From: Candidatus Altiarchaeota archaeon
GTDB taxonomy: Archaea > Altiarchaeota > Altiarchaeia > IMC4 > SCGC-AAA252-I15
Assembly: GCA_043813075.1 (NCBI GenBank)
Contig: JBDRLL010000026.1
Coordinates: 1 to 23,847, forward strand
Reading direction: 5' to 3'
Length of the DNA stretch: 23,847 bases
Under the pieces are notes generated by a model. That model did no database searches, was not told where the DNA came from, and saw only the letters and a program-made list of their open reading frames with translations. Below, piece after piece: positions 9,727 through 16,374 of this stretch (the stretch's first letter is position 1; every line of letters starts with the position of its first letter). The translations under genes and the position numbers were made by a program.

Positions 9727-9736
9727 AAGAAAAAAC

Positions 9737-9807
9737 GCGCCCATGGTCTAGTGGTATGACTTCAGCCTTCCAAGCTGAATGCTCGGGTTCGAGTCCCGAT
9801 GGGCGCA
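9737..9807 (+). tRNA. tRNA-Gly (anticodon TCC)
   Basis: Cloverleaf: GCGCCCA/TGGGCGC acceptor, D loop AGTGGT, TCAGC-CTTCCAA-GCTGA anticodon arm, TCGGG-TTCGAGT-CCCGA T arm, discriminator A; CCA not encoded. Confidence 0.97.
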
Positions 9808-9966
9808 CACCTTCTTCCTTCACGATAGGAAAGCACGGCTTTCCCGCGCCCAAGAAGGCTTCGCCTCCTTTGGGGAAAGAAAAAGACTGTACCAGAAATA
9901 AACGCATCCTGTGTCACCGAGCGATAGCGAATGTGGCACACTGGAGTGAACCGACAGTGTCGGCTC

Positions 9967-9982
9967 CCCGACGGGCGCATAC
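9967..9982 (+). repeat. Degenerate direct repeat of the tRNA-Gly 3' end (att-like)
   Basis: CCCGACGGGCGCATAC vs CCCGATGGGCGCACAC (9795-9810), 14/16 identical. Confidence 0.55.
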
Positions 9983-10101
9983 TACTTTTCTTTGAGCCTT
10001 ATGTACGCTGGTTTTCTCTTAAATTTCTCATACCCCATTGGAGATTCGACCCCGTTATTCGGTTTTATTGGCTTTCTTTTGCGTTCCCTGGCGTGTTTTA
10101 G

Positions 10102-10133
10102 TTTATTAATGTGTATTTACATTGTATTTACAT
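10102..10133 (+). promoter_or_regulatory. TATA box plus tandem palindromic operator
   Basis: TTTATTAA (10102-10109) followed by TGTATTTACAT x2 (10112-10122, 10123-10133), each with TGTA-N2-TACA symmetry, ending 2 nt before ATG 10136. Confidence 0.65.
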
Positions 10134-10135
10134 AA

Positions 10136-10930
10136 ATGGAAGCTTTAGTTAAGGATTGCCGTCGTATGGGCAATTCGGCTGCTGTGTACGTGCCGAAGGA
10201 TTGGGAGAATAGAAAGGTACTTGTTAGGCTATTGTCTCCGAGAGAGTTAGCTTTGGATGCTTTGCAGGAGCATATGCCTTATGTTATGGGAGCTTACCTT
10301 TACGGCAGCTTCGTTAGGGGGGAGGAGACGCCTGAATCCGATATTGATGTTCTAGTGGTTGCCAGCAGGAAGTTTGAGGTCCGAAAGCAGCCGTTACTTG
10401 ATATTGTAGTGGTTACTCCGAGCGAGGTTGATTCAATCCTTGAGAAAGACCCCGTCCAATTAGTGCCAATAATCGCTGAAGCAGAGCCGCTGCTGAACGA
10501 TGCGTTACTACAGGATTTAAAAGGTAGGAAAATCTACCCTGCAAGGTATATGAAGCTTATCAAAGACAATAACAGAATACTCAAGGAAAACAAAGAGCTT
10601 ATAGAGAAGAAGGCTAAAATCGGCGCGGTCATATACTCGCTTATGATTAGGTTGAAGGCAATCTATCTTGTAAGGAAGCTTCTTTCAAGCGAAAAATACA
10701 CCACTGTAGGGTATACACAGTATTTGTTAAGCCAGGGATTGGACGAAGAAGGTTATAATGGGCTCAACAGAGTGTACAGGGCAATAAGGGATGACAAACC
10801 ACTGCCTTCGGAGGTTGTCGAGATGGAGAATATCCTACTCATGCAGCAGATTTTAGAAAGAGAAAACAGTAGTTTAAAAGAATTAATTGAAGATGGCGAA
10901 AAGAAGCAAGCGAATCAAAAAGAAGATTGA
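10136..10930 (+). CDS. DUF2080/AbrB-like N-terminal domain fused to a minimal nucleotidyltransferase (Pol beta superfamily) and helical C-terminal domain
   Basis: 'RRMGNSAAVYVPKDWENRKVLV' (AbrB-like) and 'GAYLYGSFVRGEETPESDIDVLVV' (GS-x10-DxD NTase motif). Confidence 0.85.
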   Translation: MEALVKDCRRMGNSAAVYVPKDWENRKVLVRLLSPRELALDALQEHMPYVMGAYLYGSFVRGEETPESDIDVLVVASRKFEVRKQPLLDIVVVTPSEVDSILEKDPVQLVPIIAEAEPLLNDALLQDLKGRKIYPARYMKLIKDNNRILKENKELIEKKAKIGAVIYSLMIRLKAIYLVRKLLSSEKYTTVGYTQYLLSQGLDEEGYNGLNRVYRAIRDDKPLPSEVVEMENILLMQQILERENSSLKELIEDGEKKQANQKED

Positions 10931-11090
10931 AAGCCTGAAAAAGCAGGTTGAGATTCACGAAAAGAAGATAGCAGACCACAAGGGCGTATCAGGCAAAGAG
11001 AAGGTTATCGGCTACTGGGCTAAAGAAATAGCCCAACGGAAAAAAGAGATAGAATTCGGACTGAACGTGCTGAAAAAGAAGAAAAAGTAA
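10893..11090 (+). CDS. Small very basic coiled-coil protein (65 aa), hypothetical
   Basis: ATG 10893 overlaps the end of the NTase gene; Lys-rich helical hairpin 'KKKIESLKKQVEIHEKKI...YWAKEI'. Confidence 0.75.
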   Translation: MAKRSKRIKKKIESLKKQVEIHEKKIADHKGVSGKEKVIGYWAKEIAQRKKEIEFGLNVLKKKKK

Positions 11091-11096
11091 TTAGTG

Positions 11097-11130
11097 GGTA
11101 TGACCACAAGTACAAAATTGTAGTCATACC
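11097..11130. repeat. Inverted repeat after the small basic ORF (terminator or binding site)
   Basis: GGTATGAC-C-ACAA ... TTGT-A-GTCATACC, 12 of 13 positions pair. Confidence 0.45.
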
Positions 11131-11254
11131 ACGGACCACCCCATAGCTCTGACTTCTGTTAGCCCTTTTTCTCGGTCGTCTGCCGGCGTCTTCGATCGGG
11201 CGCAACACAACAGACTCTTTTGATATTAAGCACTGCGTTTTCATATTCTTAATC

Positions 11255-11974
11255 ATGAAGTTCATCGACTGGATGCACTACGACTTCCCCCTCAATGAAG
11301 CCATAATCGGCGGCGGCCACAGCAGGGAAGTCTGCGGGTATGACGGCATGGACCCGCCCCAGAAGCATCCTATCGGCATCAACCCGTCGATAAGATACGA
11401 GGCAGTGAAGAACGCGCTGGACGACACTTCAAGGGTCAACACGAGGCTATGCCACCACGGCTTCTTCCAGACGGACGCCAAGAGGCCTGAGAGGAGGGAG
11501 ATACTCGAGACCCTCGCGGGGTCGGACGTCTTCAGCCTCTGGTTCAAGCTGGCAGTAAAGCTGGATTACAGGATGGGGGCGATACCGGAGAGGTACTTCA
11601 AGACTCTTGTGGAACACAGGTTCGTCGTATCGCCGAGGGGGATAGGGGAGGACTGCTACAGGACATACGAGGCACTGCTCTGCAAGGCGATACCCATAAT
11701 ACAGGAGCCGGTGATGGAGGGGTCGTTCATAACTGAAAAGTATTCAGGACTACCGGTGGTATACACCAGGGACTACAGTGAACTCTCAAGGGAATACCTG
11801 AACGGGCTGTACGACGACATCCTGGAGACAGACTACGACTTCGATAAGCTCTCGCTCACCTACTGGACTGGAAAATCCCCGACATTAAGAAGACAAATGG
11901 AGTACTGGCTCAGATTCCACGACAACACATCATGGTACAGCGTGCTCGGCATGGACGATAGCAGGGAACGCTGA
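11255..11974 (+). CDS. Exostosin (GT47)-like glycosyltransferase domain protein
   Basis: 'Y..L..HRFVVSPRGIGEDCYRTYEALLCKAIPII...YSGLPVV' matches the F-x-x-x-P-x-G...R-x-Y-E-A-L...IP motif of the exostosin family. Confidence 0.7.
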   Translation: MKFIDWMHYDFPLNEAIIGGGHSREVCGYDGMDPPQKHPIGINPSIRYEAVKNALDDTSRVNTRLCHHGFFQTDAKRPERREILETLAGSDVFSLWFKLAVKLDYRMGAIPERYFKTLVEHRFVVSPRGIGEDCYRTYEALLCKAIPIIQEPVMEGSFITEKYSGLPVVYTRDYSELSREYLNGLYDDILETDYDFDKLSLTYWTGKSPTLRRQMEYWLRFHDNTSWYSVLGMDDSRER

Positions 11975-12141
11975 TGGACGATAAATGCCTGTGAAAGCCG
12001 TCAGACAGCCATTTTTAAAGAGTAAACACATAAGATTATTGGTTATTCCCAGGAGGGAAGTAGTTTAGTTTACGAGAAAATCCAACCGATTTTTTCCTAG
12101 CTATCTTACTTTACATTACCTTCTAAACCGAATAAGGAGAG

Positions 12142-12477
12142 TTGATTAATCTGGCGAAAGGATGGAGAAACCCCCATACAAACAAGAGGGGATCGTTTGA
12201 CAAGCACAACCGTAAAAACAATGGCGGGGAAAGAAGAAAGCTCCTGGACATGTCACGGCAGAAATACTTCAGATTCGATCTTGAGGACATGCTCGACGAA
12301 TTCAGCATAGCAGACAACAAAAACACGATATCCGCGACAATAGTCAACAAGATGACGACACAGTCGTTCGACGACACGCTAGACTACGTGGGAAGGCTCG
12401 TGGAAAACGAAACGCTCAACAAGGAGAAGGCAGACAAGCTTAGAAATCTCTTACAGAGGTACTCCAAGTGGAGGTAA
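12142..12477 (+). CDS. Hypothetical protein (basic N-terminus, helical C-terminus)
   Basis: 111-aa ORF with host-like codon use, preceded by AAGGAGAG; non-ATG start uncertain. Confidence 0.7.
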   Translation: MINLAKGWRNPHTNKRGSFDKHNRKNNGGERRKLLDMSRQKYFRFDLEDMLDEFSIADNKNTISATIVNKMTTQSFDDTLDYVGRLVENETLNKEKADKLRNLLQRYSKWR

Positions 12478-12500
12478 ATAAATAAAGGAGGTGGATGCGA

Positions 12501-12656
12501 ATGTCCAAAGATTTTGGTAGAAGACCGGACCGTGACATGCACGACGCAGTATGCAGTGAATGCGGACAACCATGCCAGGTACCATTCAAGCCAACGGAAG
12601 GAAGACCAATATACTGCAGAGACTGTTTCCAGAAGAAAAAACCAAGACGCTGGTAA
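12501..12656 (+). CDS. CxxC-x17-CxxC zinc-ribbon miniprotein (51 aa; not in ORF track)
   Basis: Hand translation MSKDFGRRPDRDMHDAVCSECGQPCQVPFKPTEGRPIYCRDCFQKKKPRRW; strong RBS GGAGGTG upstream; 'VPFKP..GRP.YC..CF' family signature. Confidence 0.92.
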   Translation: MSKDFGRRPDRDMHDAVCSECGQPCQVPFKPTEGRPIYCRDCFQKKKPRRW

Positions 12657-12721
12657 ACCCCACCTCAAGAACAGAAAGCAGTCATAACAAATTCTATTTC
12701 TTTATTTTAACCTTAACGCCA

Positions 12722-13369
12722 TCAAACACGCCCCTCCCTACGGGCCATAATCCGGACCGGCCAATACCTCTCAGCGTCAACCTGCCCGGAATCAACCATC
12801 TCCCGTATCTTCTGGAGGAACCTCGTCCCACCCATCTCGCCGGCACGCAAGTCCCTGTGAACGTGAGTGAAGCCTTCCTCATCCAGACGCCGCAGAGTGT
12901 GCTCATAATTCTCCCGGTACTCTGTCGCATAAAACCTGCCCTTCGGCACGAGTATCCTCCCGACCTCGCCGATCACCCTGGTCTTCGCATCATCAAACAA
13001 GCCCTGCATCACACCAGTATTCGCCTTCCAACCGAGATCCCACAAAGACACCTCATCACTCTGACCCAAAGGGAACATGTCCCTCCAGCCGACAAAATAG
13101 AACTCAGAGAACAGGAAATCCGCGTTAACAATACGGACAGACCCGCCGGGAATCCCAGCCAACTCCCGCAAAGCACCGCCCCAACGCAACTCCAGATTAT
13201 CCAGGCCAGACTCCACGCCACCCCGCATGCCAGGCCGGTCAATGCCGATAAAAACCTTGGACGCATGCCGGGGCCGTGAAGCCAGCTCCTTAAGACGGAA
13301 CGCGTCCTCATGACCCAAGTCAACAAAGTCAACAACCCTAGCCGGAGGCTCCCCAGTACGCTGCGACAT
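12722..13369 (-). CDS. Class I SAM-dependent methyltransferase-like protein (divergent)
   Basis: Rossmann strand pattern 'FVDLG', 'VFIGID', 'IVNADF', 'EVGRILVPKGRFY'; glycine motif I degenerate (DLGHED). Confidence 0.55.
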   Translation of the reverse strand: MSQRTGEPPARVVDFVDLGHEDAFRLKELASRPRHASKVFIGIDRPGMRGGVESGLDNLELRWGGALRELAGIPGGSVRIVNADFLFSEFYFVGWRDMFPLGQSDEVSLWDLGWKANTGVMQGLFDDAKTRVIGEVGRILVPKGRFYATEYRENYEHTLRRLDEEGFTHVHRDLRAGEMGGTRFLQKIREMVDSGQVDAERYWPVRIMARREGRV

Positions 13370-13404
13370 ACGCCCGTAAAGATATCAGGAGCTAGCGGAA
13401 TATA

Positions 13405-14565
13405 TTAGCAACGCCTGCCGGATGCGGCAGGCTTCATGCCGAACAAAACCCGCAGGACACTTAACCTCCGCACCAAAACCTCATACAACACCATTATCGC
13501 CGCGAGAGACACCGCCAAGAGGAGGAGGAACTTGGGGAACGCGTAGGAGACCCTGTCGGCGATGAACAATGCGACAACATCTATGACCGGCTGATGAAGG
13601 ATGTAGACCGGCAGCGAAGCCCCAGCGAGATAATCCAGGAACCGGTTCCTACAACTCAGATGCCGGCGTGCAAGACCCATGAAGCCGAGTAACAGCATCC
13701 AAGAGCCAAGGCTTCGGGAAAACATCAAGGCAACATAAGCCCAGGAGCCGAAAGAAAAATCAGCTATACGAGACACGTACACGAGAGGGCCCATGATGAA
13801 GGACGCGGCACCAAACAGAAAAAAAGACGCCGCACGCCTTGAGACCGCGGACTCGAACCTGCCGTCAGACACGAGCAGAAACCCGAAAAACATGAATAGG
13901 GGATAGGACAATAACGGCCACCCGCCATCCCTCACGTCGCCGAACGGACCCCCAGGATCCAGGACGGACGTCAGGACCCCGAACGGCAGGGAAAACAACA
14001 ACACCATTAACGGACTACCGAAGACGTAAGCCATCCCAGAAACCAAGAGCCTGCCAGCCCCAGACCGGAGGTACACGAACAACGGCAGCAACAGCAGGGA
14101 GTACGCGAACAGGTACTCGAGATACCATAAGTGACGGGCAGGCAACGCTAGAAACGGATACCCGCCGGAAAACAACGTGAGACCGGACACAAAATCAGCG
14201 TAATACGATGTGAAGGACGATGAACCCCCGGAGCCGATAAAACCAGCGTAATCAATGACAGGCACCATGACAAACAAGCCCACACCAATGAAAGGCACGA
14301 GCAGGCGCGAAACCCTCGACAACACAAAACCAGTGGGACCCCTAGACGCCAGGGAAAAAAACACGGCCGCACCCGAAACCATGAAGAACAAAGGCATCAT
14401 CCAGCCCGAAAAAAACACGACAAAAAAAGAGAACACCATCGCAGGGAAAGCCTTGCCGGAACCCCACGAGCCCACGTCAAAATACACCATACAATGAAAC
14501 ACGACCACGCTAAAAGTCGCGGCAACCCTAAGCCAATCCAAATCAAAACGACGACCACACGCCAT
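13405..14565 (-). CDS. Acyltransferase family 3 (OpgC/MdoC-like) membrane O-acyltransferase
   Basis: 'RRFDLDWLR', 'VFH', 'MPLFFMVSG', 'R..RLLVPF', 'HLWYLEYL', 'SLPVYILHQ'; about 10 TM. ATG 14565 preferred over 14709. Confidence 0.9.
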   Translation of the reverse strand: MACGRRFDLDWLRVAATFSVVVFHCMVYFDVGSWGSGKAFPAMVFSFFVVFFSGWMMPLFFMVSGAAVFFSLASRGPTGFVLSRVSRLLVPFIGVGLFVMVPVIDYAGFIGSGGSSSFTSYYADFVSGLTLFSGGYPFLALPARHLWYLEYLFAYSLLLLPLFVYLRSGAGRLLVSGMAYVFGSPLMVLLFSLPFGVLTSVLDPGGPFGDVRDGGWPLLSYPLFMFFGFLLVSDGRFESAVSRRAASFFLFGAASFIMGPLVYVSRIADFSFGSWAYVALMFSRSLGSWMLLLGFMGLARRHLSCRNRFLDYLAGASLPVYILHQPVIDVVALFIADRVSYAFPKFLLLLAVSLAAIMVLYEVLVRRLSVLRVLFGMKPAASGRRC

Positions 14566-14662
14566 GTAAACATATTCAAGCCAAGAAGAGAAAAACCCCA
14601 CCCCAAAAACAACAACCACACAAACCCAATTTATAAGAACAAAAAGCCAAAATAATAGCCAC

Positions 14663-14765
14663 GAACGGAATGCAAACGAGACATGCGTCTCGTTGCACAC
14701 GAAGAGCAAACTCTTCGTTGTGCTCCGTTCACACGCACGGCGTATTCAGCAAAGCGGAATACACC
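14663..14765 (+). other. Highly structured leader upstream of tRNA-Gln
   Basis: GAACGGA/TCCGTTC stem enclosing hairpins AACGAGAC/GTCTCGTT and ACGAAGAG/CTCTTCGT, then hairpin GGCGTATTC/GAATACACC; TATA TTTATAAG at 14630-14637. Confidence 0.5.
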
Positions 14766-14778
14766 ATAGAAAAAAAAC

Positions 14779-14902
14779 AGCCCTGTAGGGTAGTGGCCTA
14801 TCCTTCCGGTCTTTGGCGACCTTTAATAAAGGTCGACGAAAAAAAAAATCGACCTACGGTCGAAGTTAACCGGGGACGGAGGTTCGAATCCTCCCAGGGC
14901 TA
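14779..14902 (+). tRNA. tRNA-Gln (anticodon TTG) with 51-nt intron (14817-14867) at position 37/38
   Basis: AGCCCTG/CAGGGCT acceptor (A1-U72), CCGGT/ACCGG anticodon stem, CT-TTG-G|intron|A loop, GGAGG-TTCGAAT-CCTCC T arm. BHB motif: CTTT/GAAG helix, bulges GG|C and TT|A, outer helix GACC/GGTC. Confidence 0.95.
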
Positions 14903-14966
14903 AACTAGGGAAGGGTTACTGGAGGAACCCCTTTTCGTTTTTTGTAGTGCCTAACCAGATTGTAGT

Positions 14967-15119
14967 TTACGCTAGGAGTCTTTTAAGTTGTTCTACGTCT
15001 TCCTGCGTCAAACCGTTCCGCTCCAATCGTCTTTTCTCTTGGTCAGAAGCGTTCTCCCACAGTTGATTACCGCCCGCGCGTAGGCGGGCTCGATTCCATA
15101 CGACCTTGAGAAATCCAGC
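14967..15119 (-). pseudogene. Gene remnant (50 codons, no in-frame start)
   Basis: AGFLKVVWNRARLRAGGNQLWENASDQEKRRLERNGLTQEDVEQLKRLLA* reads like a protein C-terminus; preceded by in-frame TAG, with an out-of-frame ATG at 15126. Confidence 0.35.
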
Positions 15120-15302
15120 CTAACATATGCTTATGTGTTTTGATTGTTAGAACACACACGGTAGTGCCTAACTCGGAAAGGTTTGTTCTTGGGAGGATTG
15201 CGCGAGGGAAACCCCTTCATTTTAATCTGAACCCGTATTATCGCACCCCAATCCGGTATTAAATGTCGTGATTTTATTGCTGGCATTCCCGAATAATTTA
15301 CT

Positions 15303-16364
15303 ATGGGAGTGGTTAACAGCCTTAACCGGAACGAGCGGTTGTTTTTGTATGGTCTGGCCAGGCATCCGGGTTTGACTGACAGGGAGATTGGGGGGGAGAT
15401 GGGGCTCAGCAGGTCTACTACGACGTCGATCAGGAATCGGTTGGAGAGGCTGGGTTGTTTCTCGTATGTGAGGGTGCCTGACTTCGGCAGGCTGGGCTGC
15501 GAGCTCTTTAACGTCCATTACTCCCACCTTAATCCTCTTGCCGACCACGACGCCTGGTGGAAGGGCTTCCAGGAGACCAGGTACTTCAACAACATGTTCT
15601 TCTACGCGGGCTCATCCCATGATGACGTCATTATGACGGTCACCAGGAATTACACGGAGGAGAAGAGGGGTTTGGACGAGATACTGAGGCTGAACGAGTT
15701 GAGCGGCACATTATATGACGAACACCCCTGCAACATCTTCTTCCCCCTAAGCCTGTCCAAGATATTCCTCTTCCTAGACTTCTCGGACCTGATAGGAGAC
15801 TATTACAGACTGGGGAGGGAGCGGGAGGAGAAGATAGAGTTCAAAGTCCCGTCCAGGAAGCCGTTAAACCTGACATCCAAGGAGAAGGAGGTATTATACT
15901 ATCTCGTCAAGTACCCTGAAGACCGGGACGAGGACATAGCGGAAAAGGCGGGATGCAGCAGGCAGACCGTCAACAAGACGAAGACCAGCTTCGAGAAAGA
16001 AGGATTATTAACCACAAGGATTATCCCCAACCTCAGGAGCCTGGGCTTCGAACTCCTCACGTTCACCCACACCACATACAATCCAGCCACCCCCATAGAG
16101 ACACGGGCGGAGGGCATAACCCGGATTGTGAGGGACAGCAGCCAGTTCATGATCATATCGACGGACACGGAGAGCGTGCGGTTGTCGGCGTTCCGCGACT
16201 ACCACGAGCTCCAGAAGAAGTACACGTCTTTTATCAAGCACTACATGAAGAAAAAATATATCCTGCACAACCCCACGATAAAGGTGCATTCCATATCCGA
16301 CCCGAGATTCAAGGTTTACATGAACTTCCACAAGCCATTGAAGAGCATGCTCGAATTGAGGTAG
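15303..16364 (+). CDS. Tandem-duplicated Lrp/AsnC-like winged-HTH transcriptional regulator
   Basis: Two homologous halves: 'LNRNERLFLYGLARHPGLTDREIGGEMGLSRSTTTSIRNRLERLG..VPDFGRLGCEL' and 'LTSKEKEVLYYLVKYPEDRDEDIAEKAGCSRQTVNKTKTSFEKEG..IPNLRSLGFEL'. Confidence 0.8.
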   Translation: MGVVNSLNRNERLFLYGLARHPGLTDREIGGEMGLSRSTTTSIRNRLERLGCFSYVRVPDFGRLGCELFNVHYSHLNPLADHDAWWKGFQETRYFNNMFFYAGSSHDDVIMTVTRNYTEEKRGLDEILRLNELSGTLYDEHPCNIFFPLSLSKIFLFLDFSDLIGDYYRLGREREEKIEFKVPSRKPLNLTSKEKEVLYYLVKYPEDRDEDIAEKAGCSRQTVNKTKTSFEKEGLLTTRIIPNLRSLGFELLTFTHTTYNPATPIETRAEGITRIVRDSSQFMIISTDTESVRLSAFRDYHELQKKYTSFIKHYMKKKYILHNPTIKVHSISDPRFKVYMNFHKPLKSMLELR

Positions 16365-16374
16365 CGTTTTAATC

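Noticed and set aside
9623-9995. ORFs 9623-9907(-), 9756-9995(+), 9762-9980(-)
   Set aside because: Overlap tRNA-Gly and hairpin-rich non-coding DNA; spurious.
12030-12141. Possible structured 5' UTR upstream of the 12142 gene
   Set aside because: Only weak purine/pyrimidine complementarity; no convincing stems.
12560-13279. 239-aa + strand ORF
   Set aside because: Overlaps the CxxC miniprotein in another frame and is antisense to the methyltransferase-like gene; its composition reflects the local A/C skew.
14566-14709. 48-aa N-terminal extension of the acyltransferase
   Set aside because: Runs through the skewed promoter and tRNA leader; family similarity begins at M-A-C-G-R-R-F-D (14565).
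15120-15150. dif/Xer site
   Set aside because: CATAA and TATGTTA half-site-like words are present, but the spacer is far shorter than the 6 bp required.
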